From an uncultured bacterium (GTDB lineage Bacteria; Armatimonadota; UBA5829; DTLH01): a stretch of 64,000 nt of DNA. The stretch lies in assembly GCA_964497515.1 (NCBI GenBank), contig CAZCCV010000009.1, positions 643 to 64,642 on the forward strand. Reading direction: 5' to 3'. Positions 1 to 7,504 of this stretch are shown here, piece by piece. The notes below the pieces were generated by a model that did no database searches, was not told where the DNA came from, and saw nothing but the letters and a program-made list of their open reading frames with translations. The position numbers and the translations under genes are program-made. Numbering within the stretch: the first letter of the stretch is position 1; each line of letters opens with the position of its first letter.

Positions 1-1360
1 GAAAACGACAACGTTCGAGTCGACTTCTGATGAAGAGTTCCTGCTGTTTGTCTCGACCGGCAACCAGTGCGCAAGCTCAGAGAAGACCAAGGAGTTCATC
101 GAAGCACGGAAAGCGGTAGCCCTTGAGTGGGAGAAGCGGTATGACAAACCGGAGCTTCAAGCTGCTTACGAAGGAATGTGGCGATCCGTTATCTGGAATA
201 CCATCTACGCTCCTTCGATTAAACGACCAGTGACTGTAGTATCCAGAGACTGGTGCGTCGATGGCAATTATGGAGATTTTGTGCTCTTTGAGTGGGACAC
301 TTTCTTTGCTGCACTTCAGGCAAGTACAGGCAGCAAAGAACTTGCATATAACAACGTCCGCGCAGTACTCTCCGGGATAACCGAGCGAGGTTTCGTTCCG
401 AGCATTTTCTGCGAGCTTGGAAAGAGCAGAGACAGATCTATGCTGCCGGTTGGTTCCATCATCGTTTGGAAGCTGTATGAGAAGTTCCAGGACAAAGAGT
501 TCCTGAAAGAGGTATTTCCTCAGCTCCTCGGTTGGCACAACTGGTGGATGCAGGCGCGCGATGGCAACGGCGATGGACTGCTGGAATGGGGCAGTGACAA
601 CTTCCCATCCCCACACCCACAGTGGCAGGCGTATACACTACAGGCAGCCAGGTACGAATCCGGACTCGACAACAGTCCGATGTACGACGATGTGGTGTTC
701 AACGAAGAGACCTGCACTATGGAGCTTACCGATGTCGGACTGAACTCTGCCTACGCAATGGACGGCTGGGCGCTTGCACAGATTGCTATGGCAATAGGCG
801 ATATGGTGACCGCAGAGACTCTAAGAGCAGAGCACGAAGAGATGAAAGTGCGAATCAACAAAATGCTCTGGAGTGAAGCCGATGGGATCTATCTCAACAG
901 AAGATGGAATGGCGAATTCTACAAACGACTTGCGCCGACTCTGTTCTACCCTATGACAGGCAGAGTTGCTGAACCGGAGCGAGCTGTCAGGATGGTTCGC
1001 GAGCACTTGCTGAACGATACTGAGTTCTGGGGAGAACACGTTGTGCCTAGTATTGCACGAAATGACCCGGCTTACCCAGATCAGGAATACTGGCGCGGTA
1101 GGATTTGGGGTCCGATGAACTGGCTCGTCTACGAAGGGTTGAAGGCATACAGGCTCGATGCTGCTGCAGCGTTGATGGGAGAAAAGTGCCTTAATACCTT
1201 CCTAAGTGAGTGGGTTGAGGAGTCACACGTGCACGAGAACTACAACGGAACTACCGGCGACGGAGACGATGCACGTTATTCGGAGCCTGTTTACTTCTGG
1301 GGTGGACTGCTCGCATTGATAGGACTTCTGGAAAGCCAGGTCGTAAAAGACGACGAGTAG
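1..1360 (+). CDS. Glycoside hydrolase, six-hairpin (GH63/trehalase-like) glucosidase. The 5' end is truncated by the window edge; the frame is open from nt 2.
   Basis: The frame of the track ORF 176-1360 stays open back to the window start. The WGPMNWLVYEGL, EFWGEHVV and WRGRIWG motifs are typical of (alpha/alpha)6 glycosidases. The spurious ORF 77-616 on the minus strand overlaps it. Confidence 0.55.
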   Translation, partial: KTTTFESTSDEEFLLFVSTGNQCASSEKTKEFIEARKAVALEWEKRYDKPELQAAYEGMWRSVIWNTIYAPSIKRPVTVVSRDWCVDGNYGDFVLFEWDTFFAALQASTGSKELAYNNVRAVLSGITERGFVPSIFCELGKSRDRSMLPVGSIIVWKLYEKFQDKEFLKEVFPQLLGWHNWWMQARDGNGDGLLEWGSDNFPSPHPQWQAYTLQAARYESGLDNSPMYDDVVFNEETCTMELTDVGLNSAYAMDGWALAQIAMAIGDMVTAETLRAEHEEMKVRINKMLWSEADGIYLNRRWNGEFYKRLAPTLFYPMTGRVAEPERAVRMVREHLLNDTEFWGEHVVPSIARNDPAYPDQEYWRGRIWGPMNWLVYEGLKAYRLDAAAALMGEKCLNTFLSEWVEESHVHENYNGTTGDGDDARYSEPVYFWGGLLALIGLLESQVVKDDE

Positions 1361-1383
1361 CTTTGCAACTGCAAAGAACCAGT

Positions 1384-1406
1384 GGGGAGGGTGATATAGC
1401 CCTCCC
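1384..1406. terminator. GC-rich hairpin between convergent genes (GGGAGGG-tgatatag-CCCTCCC).
   Basis: A perfect 7-bp inverted repeat lies in the 48-bp gap between the glycosidase stop and the minus-strand gene stop. A weak T tract follows on the plus strand. Confidence 0.3.
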
Positions 1407-1408
1407 TG

Positions 1409-2443
1409 CTACATTTTCAACGCTTTTTCGGCAAGTTCGATTGCAGTGACAAATACTTCCTCGGTTTGAGTTAGATCCGTAGTATAGCCTCTCCCCGATG
1501 TCGGTTGGCGCACTACCGCAATTTCCATATCCGCTTCTTTTTTCAGTTCGACAAGCTGTGATTTGAAACGTGCAAGCTTTGCTTCTTTCTTTGCATTCTT
1601 GTCGGCCGCAACACCAGTTTTGAAACCACCCGAGGGTGGCTTCTGGACTATTTCTTTGCATCTGTCGATTAGATAAAAGAGTGGCTTTGCTACCAGAATA
1701 CAGTACGTATATGGAAACTTTTTGGATTCAACGGAATTTAGAGTGGTCTGCACCTGCACACCTATGAAATCCTCATCGGAGTCCCTGAACTTGACGAGGA
1801 GCCTGCAATCCATAGGCACAGCGCCAGATTTCGTATTAGCTAACAACATCGAATAATGAAACTCCAACTGCGGCCAACTATCAGAGAGCCTGTGAATATG
1901 CATAAGCTGATTGATTCGCATGGCCAAATGAGGAGGTTGCCAAGCAACGACTCTTCCGGCAACAATCAACGGTAAAAACAGCGTAAACCCATCGATGATC
2001 AACACTTGCAGTAGCGGAGACTCATCGGGTGAGGTCAACCCAGAGTTCGGATTCAACAATCCGGTCAACAGTCGAAAGATCATCAACCCTACTACTAACA
2101 AAGCAAACAGAAAGAGACATCCACCCAAATTGGCGAGACAAGAGTTTCGAGAAATCCCTTGAGATCGCTTACTCATTTCGAGCGCAGATTCCAGTTCTTC
2201 GTATGTGACCTCACGCCACTCTTCTTTGCTCTTGAGCTTGGGTTTGTTCGATGCGTCTTTGATGCAAAGCAACAGCGCGGCAACTAAAACGAAGACCCAG
2301 CCTACGGCAAAAGACCAATCCAATTCGAAGCCAGAGACTGACTGAATGGTTATCCCAATCACTGCAGAAGCAGCAATTAGAACCATACGCACTTCGACAG
2401 ATAATGTGTTAGCTATAAGAAACTTGGGTTTCATCTCTTTCAA
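1409..2443 (-). CDS. Hypothetical 4-TM membrane protein with a roughly 200-aa cytoplasmic domain. It is the last gene of the rSAM cluster.
   Basis: Long ORF. The N-terminus has hydrophobic helices (VLIAASAVIGITI, VGWVFVLVAALLL, LFLFALLVVGLMIF, LIIDGFTLFLPLIVAG). The start (TTG 2443 or ATG 2434) overlaps or abuts the rSAM stop TGA at 2442-2440, which implies translational coupling. Confidence 0.5.
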   Translation of the reverse strand: MKEMKPKFLIANTLSVEVRMVLIAASAVIGITIQSVSGFELDWSFAVGWVFVLVAALLLCIKDASNKPKLKSKEEWREVTYEELESALEMSKRSQGISRNSCLANLGGCLFLFALLVVGLMIFRLLTGLLNPNSGLTSPDESPLLQVLIIDGFTLFLPLIVAGRVVAWQPPHLAMRINQLMHIHRLSDSWPQLEFHYSMLLANTKSGAVPMDCRLLVKFRDSDEDFIGVQVQTTLNSVESKKFPYTYCILVAKPLFYLIDRCKEIVQKPPSGGFKTGVAADKNAKKEAKLARFKSQLVELKKEADMEIAVVRQPTSGRGYTTDLTQTEEVFVTAIELAEKALKM

Positions 2444-3771
2444 CTGCGTGCTGCAACCGCAACAGCCGATTCAATCTCTTTGTAACCGATAGCATCCCAA
2501 TATATCGGGCAGGCACCAGTGCAGATGTCAAAATGCCGACAGTCGCGACAGATGCGGTGAGCATACCTTTTTCCCCGCCAATAGCGGGACTTTCTGTTAT
2601 TCCAAACGCGCTGGAAGCCATCCTTCAGGATATTACCGACGTTCTTTGACAGACTGGAACACGGCAGAACTCCGCCATCTGGTGCTATCGAGAGAAGCCC
2701 ATCGCAGGCAGCGCACGACTTCCCTCCTAATCCCATAGCAACCGGATTCACAATGCAGTAGGGCGTAGGTGAATACCATAAGAACTCGACATCTGCCTCC
2801 CAAGCAGCTCGCTTCAGTTTATCGAGTAATTCAGGCATCTCAGAGTACAAGACAGTGACTCCTGTGTCCGGAGCCGTCCCGCACGGAATAACCATATTCA
2901 TCGACAGGCGTTTCAGCCCGAGTTCTTTGACAAGTCCGACAATTTCTGCGAGATGAGGCGCATTAATCCGGTTGATAGTAGTGTTGGTATGAACGTGCAA
3001 GCCGGCGTCTTTGAGCAGCGATATTCCGCGCAGGGTTCGATCGTACGAGCCGGGAGTCTGCGTAAGGGAATCGTGTATCTCGGCATTGGCACCTTCCAGA
3101 CTCACCTGTGCACTTCTGAGTCCAGCGTTTTTGAGCTGGTCTACGAGCTCCTGCGTCAGGTTATTGCCGTTAGTGATCAGATTGACTCGCATACCGAGCT
3201 CTGTTGCGTACGCGGTCAGTTCGACCAGGTCGCTTCTCAGCGTCGGTTCCCCACCCGTCCAACTGACACTCGGCACTTCTGCATCGTAACGAATGGCATC
3301 TAGAACCTGTTTCACCTCGGCTGTAGACATTTCACTACTGAAATTTCTGTCGCTTTTGGTGCAAGTGCACCCCGCGTAGCAGAACTTACAGCTAAGGTTG
3401 CAGCGATATGTGAGCGCGATTTCAGAAAGCACCGGCAGCGAGTTGTGCGGACGTGTAAATGATGTCTCTTCCACTGCTCGACGCCCTTTTCCTTCGCCCA
3501 AGCAGCCCATCACAAGAGCGCGAAGATCGCAGAAGAAGTGAAAAACGTCGGTAAGCACCTTTTCGTCTTTGGATAGTCCCTCAGACTTTTGCTCTAATAC
3601 ATCGATCAGCGAAGAACCGGCCATCATACGCCCGAGTATTGCAAGGCCAGCGGGATTCAGCTTGTACGCCTGGTTAGGAAGCAGTATCAGCAAGCTATCC
3701 CGCTCCCGGACGTATACGTATTCCGAGATGCTTTTCACAAAATCATCAGCCCAAGATACATCCACACTCAC
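2440..3771 (-). CDS. Radical SAM/SPASM-domain maturase with an N-terminal PqqD-like RiPP-recognition element (RRE).
   Basis: CNLSCKFCYAG (CxxxCxxC). The SPASM auxiliary-cluster cysteines are CAACDGLL...LPCSS and CRDCRHFDICTGACP. The N-terminal region YKLNPAGLAILGRMMAGSSLIDVLEQ is PqqD/RRE-like. The proposed start is GTG 3771-3769, which shares its G with the TAG stop of the upstream gene (cTAGTG) and has GGAGG 9 nt upstream. The track ORF start at 3909 (GTG inside the repeat) is rejected. Confidence 0.8.
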   Translation of the reverse strand: MSVDVSWADDFVKSISEYVYVRERDSLLILLPNQAYKLNPAGLAILGRMMAGSSLIDVLEQKSEGLSKDEKVLTDVFHFFCDLRALVMGCLGEGKGRRAVEETSFTRPHNSLPVLSEIALTYRCNLSCKFCYAGCTCTKSDRNFSSEMSTAEVKQVLDAIRYDAEVPSVSWTGGEPTLRSDLVELTAYATELGMRVNLITNGNNLTQELVDQLKNAGLRSAQVSLEGANAEIHDSLTQTPGSYDRTLRGISLLKDAGLHVHTNTTINRINAPHLAEIVGLVKELGLKRLSMNMVIPCGTAPDTGVTVLYSEMPELLDKLKRAAWEADVEFLWYSPTPYCIVNPVAMGLGGKSCAACDGLLSIAPDGGVLPCSSLSKNVGNILKDGFQRVWNNRKSRYWRGKRYAHRICRDCRHFDICTGACPIYWDAIGYKEIESAVAVAARS

Positions 3772-5438
3772 TAGTGCGCACCTCCGCTCACACACGCACT
3801 GTGGCAAGCTGAATGACAGGCGCTGTGGCACGCCGAATGACACGCACTGTGGCAAGCTGAATGACAAGCATCGTGGCAAGCAGTGTGAACGTAACAGGCT
3901 GAGTGACACGCATCCGAATGAATAAACGCTGAGTAACTTAGGCCAGCGCCAAAAGCGCGCTCTCCAATAGCTTTACTGATTTCGCTCGCCCTGCCCTTGC
4001 CCTCATTAGTGAATTCTCGGTACAAATGATACGCATAGAACCTGGAATAACTGTTGCCCCAAGACGTATAAGTATCATCCAAAGAACCACCGCGTTCGAC
4101 AGCTTCGAATTGTTCCTTGATCTGTTTCTTGTAGTATTCCTTTGTGGCTTCGAGATCGCAATCCCAAGCCTTAGCCTGTACTCTGTCGGTCATCTCGCGG
4201 AAGATATCCTTGATTGTGCTATCATCCAGCAAGCCTTCGTTGTGGATGGCGTTTAGCAGCATATTCTCGTACAAGCTTTCTGCAGAGATTCCAGGAGGAT
4301 AGAGTCTTTCGACCCGTATTGGATCAAGTGAAAGAACCTTTACCAAACCTCGCCTCTCCAGACTCGCGATAATCGTACCTACGATCTTGGACAGGGAAAT
4401 ATCCAGCAGAAGAGCCGCCTCAATTGGATCGAGTTCGGCAACCTTCCCTTGCTGACGGAAGCTGGAGACTTTTATGAGCGGCGGCACCCAGTCTGCATTC
4501 TCCCATCGCACTTCATCGAGTCGACTTGCAGCCTTTGAATACGTGTTCAGTTTGCGTGAGAACAGAATAAGCACGCCTACGACTACACTGAAAACAGCCA
4601 CTGCACCCGGCAAGCCCAACGGTTTGGCAGGAGTCTCAGGCATCATCGGAGCGACTGGATCAATTGGAAGATAGGGTGCATCCGGCGGCAATGTCTGTTG
4701 CTGCCCACCCTCCCCTGAAGGTGCGTCAGTTTTCAGAGTAAAATACTTCGCGTCAATATAGCACTGCAGATTGAACTTATACTGCGGAGGAACAGCATCT
4801 TTGTGGAACCGAACAGTCATATAGTAAGCGTTTTGGCTCGGCTGCCCGTAGTAGCTGATGAGGTATTCGCGGTTGACGAACTTCTCTGTCTTAAAGCCTG
4901 TCTTGTTCAGTAAGGCTTCATCGACTACTTCGCTTGCTGTTTTGATGGGATAGTGAAGATAGAGGGTATAGTGTCCTGCTGCTTGGTCGAACTGGCACGG
5001 CGCCCAATTGAGATATGCGAGCTTCCCGTCTGGCGCATCGGTGTAGCCAAGCATTCCGGCTGCCGCCAAATCTGTGCCGTAAAGGATAACGTACGTAACC
5101 TCTCCTCTTGAAACCGCAGCACCGTTCGCTAGCACAATATCGAATTGGTTGCCCAAATCAGTGATGGAGAGCTTATACTTGCGCCCACTAGAATCGACGG
5201 CATACGATTCGTCGTAGCCGAAATGTGGATATGCTCCGCTAAAACCCTGCAAGTAGAAGCCGTGAAGATCGCCGCTAAGCACTTTGTAACGGACTTTGTA
5301 GACAATTGTCGCCTTACCGTCGACGTGCGGCGATATGTCGACCTCGACCCACTTGAGTTCTACCGAGGTCGCCCAAACTGAAACACAGGAGAGCAGCAAC
5401 AAGCTGCTCAAAATCAGCACACGACGCAAGACAGACAC
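3771..5438 (-). CDS. Membrane protein with a signal peptide, a roughly 280-aa exported domain, one TM helix, a roughly 230-aa cytoplasmic domain and a C-terminal Cys/His-rich (ACHS)n repeat tail. It is the putative rSAM substrate.
   Basis: GTG start (VSVLRRVLILSSLLLLSCVSVWA resembles a signal peptide). The TM segment is LPGAVAVFSVVVGVLILF. The 47-aa tail contains 11 Cys and 10 His with period 4. The stop is TAG 3773-3771. The topology resembles DUF2207-type proteins, which I cannot verify from sequence alone. Confidence 0.7.
   Translation of the reverse strand: MSVLRRVLILSSLLLLSCVSVWATSVELKWVEVDISPHVDGKATIVYKVRYKVLSGDLHGFYLQGFSGAYPHFGYDESYAVDSSGRKYKLSITDLGNQFDIVLANGAAVSRGEVTYVILYGTDLAAAGMLGYTDAPDGKLAYLNWAPCQFDQAAGHYTLYLHYPIKTASEVVDEALLNKTGFKTEKFVNREYLISYYGQPSQNAYYMTVRFHKDAVPPQYKFNLQCYIDAKYFTLKTDAPSGEGGQQQTLPPDAPYLPIDPVAPMMPETPAKPLGLPGAVAVFSVVVGVLILFSRKLNTYSKAASRLDEVRWENADWVPPLIKVSSFRQQGKVAELDPIEAALLLDISLSKIVGTIIASLERRGLVKVLSLDPIRVERLYPPGISAESLYENMLLNAIHNEGLLDDSTIKDIFREMTDRVQAKAWDCDLEATKEYYKKQIKEQFEAVERGGSLDDTYTSWGNSYSRFYAYHLYREFTNEGKGRASEISKAIGERAFGAGLSYSAFIHSDACHSACYVHTACHDACHSACHSACHSACHSACHSACHSACVSGGAH
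3774..3914 (-). repeat. Tandem coding repeat, about 24 nt at DNA level and 12 nt (4 codons) at protein level, encoding (A-C-H-S)n.
   Basis: The plus strand reads cactgtggcaagctgaatgaca(g/a)g / cgctgtggcacgccgaatgacac / gcactgtggcaagctgaatgacaag / catcgtggcaagcagtgtgaacg. The minus-strand frame reads ...DACHSACYVHTACHDACHSACHSACHSACHSACHSACHSACVSGGAH. Codons alternate TGT/TGC, CAT/CAC, TCA/AGT and GCT/GCG. Confidence 0.85.
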
Positions 5439-5447
5439 AATTAGCTT

Positions 5448-5837
5448 TTATTCCCTCGAGGACTCTGTTCTAGCTCGCAGAAGATCAGCCTGAGCAGAGA
5501 TATACTGTGCAAAATCGCTTTTTGACTGAGACCACTCGGATTCACCAGGGAATGTTGAGACTACTCCCTGCCAGATAATCTGGTAGGTACGTTCCAGGCA
5601 CGGTCGAGAGTCTCCCTTTCCAGTGAACTCAAAAGTGGCTTCGATGTTTGTCGGCCGAAACACAGGCGTCGGGCCGGAGACTATCTCCGTTGCTACTCCG
5701 AGAAAAACAACGCCTAATTCTTCCACAACATCGAGGTGCTCTCTGATAGCGCGGACGACGGACGCAACAGAAAAGTCCGCAGAAGAGAAACGCATTGTAA
5801 GCAAAGAGCCATTTATGTCTCCATAAGGCATCTGCAT
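5448..5837 (-). CDS. Hypothetical protein (129 aa). It is the first gene of the rSAM cluster.
   Basis: ATG start preceded by AGGAGG with an 8-nt spacer (reverse complement of 5838-5860). It ends 10 nt before the GTG start of the 555-aa gene. No recognisable motif. Confidence 0.5.
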   Translation of the reverse strand: MQMPYGDINGSLLTMRFSSADFSVASVVRAIREHLDVVEELGVVFLGVATEIVSGPTPVFRPTNIEATFEFTGKGDSRPCLERTYQIIWQGVVSTFPGESEWSQSKSDFAQYISAQADLLRARTESSRE

Positions 5838-6015
5838 TTTGGTTGCCCTCCTAAGCAGCGTTCATTGCAAATTCACAGTCTTATTCGTCGGCACGAAGCC
5901 CGTTTCCTGCACGTCTTCGTTTGCCGTATTGATGCAGGCCGTGTGACGAGAAAACAGTTGGAAGCACGATGAACTCGATACCAATGAGTTGTGGCATTAC
6001 TGCAACGGCATCGCG

Positions 6016-7131
6016 CTACCGAAGCACCTTCTCTGTTTCTGCGTCGAAGATATGTGTTCTCGCCATCTGCAAGACAAGCGATACATCATCACCCGGTGAA
6101 CAACCGGCAATCGGTGATTCCGAATCGATTGAAGCGACCATATCGTGATTGCCGGAGTTCAGGTACATTGTGACCGTTGCTCCCATTGGCTCGACAACAT
6201 CAACCCGGGCGGAAATGGTATTGTCTTCTGTTGGCTTCGCAACTGGGCTTAGGTCTCTATCGAAGATGTCTTCTGGTCTGATGCCGAATACTATCTGTTT
6301 GCCTGCGTAGTTTGATAGGTTCTCTGACTTCTCGGCGGTAGACCTTACAGTGAAGTGCCCTGTATTCACCAAATAGCCGTTCTCATCCTCTTCTAGTGTT
6401 GCTTGAACAAAATTCATTGCCGGACTTCCGATGAACCCTGCTACGAACAGGTTCGCTGGCTTGTTGTAGAGATTAAGAGGAGTATCTACCTGTTGGATTA
6501 CACCATCTTTCATTACGACTATGCGATCGCCCATCGTCATAGCTTCTACTTGGTCGTGTGTGACATAGATCGTTGTAATCCCGAGTCGCCTGTGGAGTTT
6601 AATCAATTCGGCGCGCGTTTGCACTCGCAGTTTTGCATCCAGGTTTGAGAGAGGTTCGTCCATAAGAAAGACTGCCGGTTCGCGCACGATAGCTCTGCCG
6701 AGCGCGACCCGCTGTCGCTGCCCGCCGGAGAGTTGCTTGGGCTTGCGATGGAGGAGTTCGGCAAGTCCCAGCAGCGCCGCGGCATCTTTTACGCGCTTTT
6801 CGATCTCCGCTTTGGGGAGTTTTTTGAGTTTCAGCGCAAACGACATATTGTCGTAGACGCTCATATGCGGGTACAGAGCGTAGTTCTGAAAAACCATCGC
6901 AATGTCGCGGTCTTTCGATGAGACGTCGTTTACGAGTTGATCACCGATGTATATCTCGCCTTCGGTAGCTTCTTCGAGACCGGCGACCATCCTGAGAGCG
7001 GTAGTCTTTCCACATCCAGAGGGACCAACAAGAACCAGAAACTCCTTGTCTTTGATCTCCAGGTTCATATTGTCGACAGCGACAACGTTCTTGAATGCTT
7101 TGGTAAGGTTCTTGAGAACCACTTGCGCCAT
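6016..7131 (-). CDS. Orphan sugar ABC transporter ATP-binding protein, MalK/UgpC/MsiK family, with a C-terminal TOBE domain.
   Basis: Walker A GPSGCGKTT, signature LSGGQRQRVALGRAIV, Walker B FLMDEPLSNLDAKLR. The likely start is the internal Met MAQVVLKNLTKAF at 7131, not 7362. No permease or binding-protein gene is adjacent. Confidence 0.85.
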   Translation of the reverse strand: MAQVVLKNLTKAFKNVVAVDNMNLEIKDKEFLVLVGPSGCGKTTALRMVAGLEEATEGEIYIGDQLVNDVSSKDRDIAMVFQNYALYPHMSVYDNMSFALKLKKLPKAEIEKRVKDAAALLGLAELLHRKPKQLSGGQRQRVALGRAIVREPAVFLMDEPLSNLDAKLRVQTRAELIKLHRRLGITTIYVTHDQVEAMTMGDRIVVMKDGVIQQVDTPLNLYNKPANLFVAGFIGSPAMNFVQATLEEDENGYLVNTGHFTVRSTAEKSENLSNYAGKQIVFGIRPEDIFDRDLSPVAKPTEDNTISARVDVVEPMGATVTMYLNSGNHDMVASIDSESPIAGCSPGDDVSLVLQMARTHIFDAETEKVLR

Positions 7132-7368
7132 AAGTAAGCAGCCTCCTAGTTTCGGGCCTGTCCCCATATCGCCGAAACCGCTAATAAAATGAAGTGCCCT
7201 GGGACTAGGGCTGAGCCCATTATATGGCCGAGAATTTGTGGTGTCAACGGAACAAGCTGCAAACAATGAATAGTCAGAACCTTGACTATCACAATACCGA
7301 TGATCGATGATGCTGCCGGAAATCAGCCATACTGCACATCTGATGACAATTTCACCGAGCAACCTTTC

Positions 7369-7397
7369 TTGACCTCGTCACAGGCGGGTAGTAGAAT
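7369..7397 (+). promoter_or_regulatory. Candidate sigma70 promoter for mfd (TTGACC-17-TAGAAT).
   Basis: ttgacc at 7369-7374, a 17-nt spacer, tagaat at 7392-7397. The predicted TSS near 7404 would exclude the first ATG of the track ORF at 7400. Confidence 0.35.
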
Positions 7398-7504
7398 ATA
7401 TGTGTTGGTCGGCAGTCTGTGCTGCCGATAATACTATGGATGATTCAGGGTTTTGGCGTCCCCCACTCTTTTGCGCCAAAGCCCTTTTGGCGCTGTACGG
7501 ATAT

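Noticed and set aside
77-616. 179-aa minus-strand ORF at the window start.
   Set aside because: It lies entirely antisense within the glycoside hydrolase reading frame (shadow ORF) and has no motifs.
2440-3909. Track ORF giving the rSAM protein a 46-aa Cys-rich N-terminal extension (MSLSLLRSHCLPRCLSFSLPQCV...), starting at a GTG inside the repeat.
   Set aside because: The extension is the out-of-frame reading of the (ACHS)n repeat, which belongs to the end of the long upstream 555-aa ORF. A GGAGG RBS plus a stop-overlapping GTG at 3771 gives a canonical RRE-first maturase.
3774-3914. A possible CRISPR array or mobile-element terminal repeat, suggested by four to six direct repeats of about 24 nt.
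   Set aside because: There are no spacers between the repeats. The repeats are contiguous and in-frame within a long ORF, and they encode a period-4 peptide. No cas genes or transposase are nearby.
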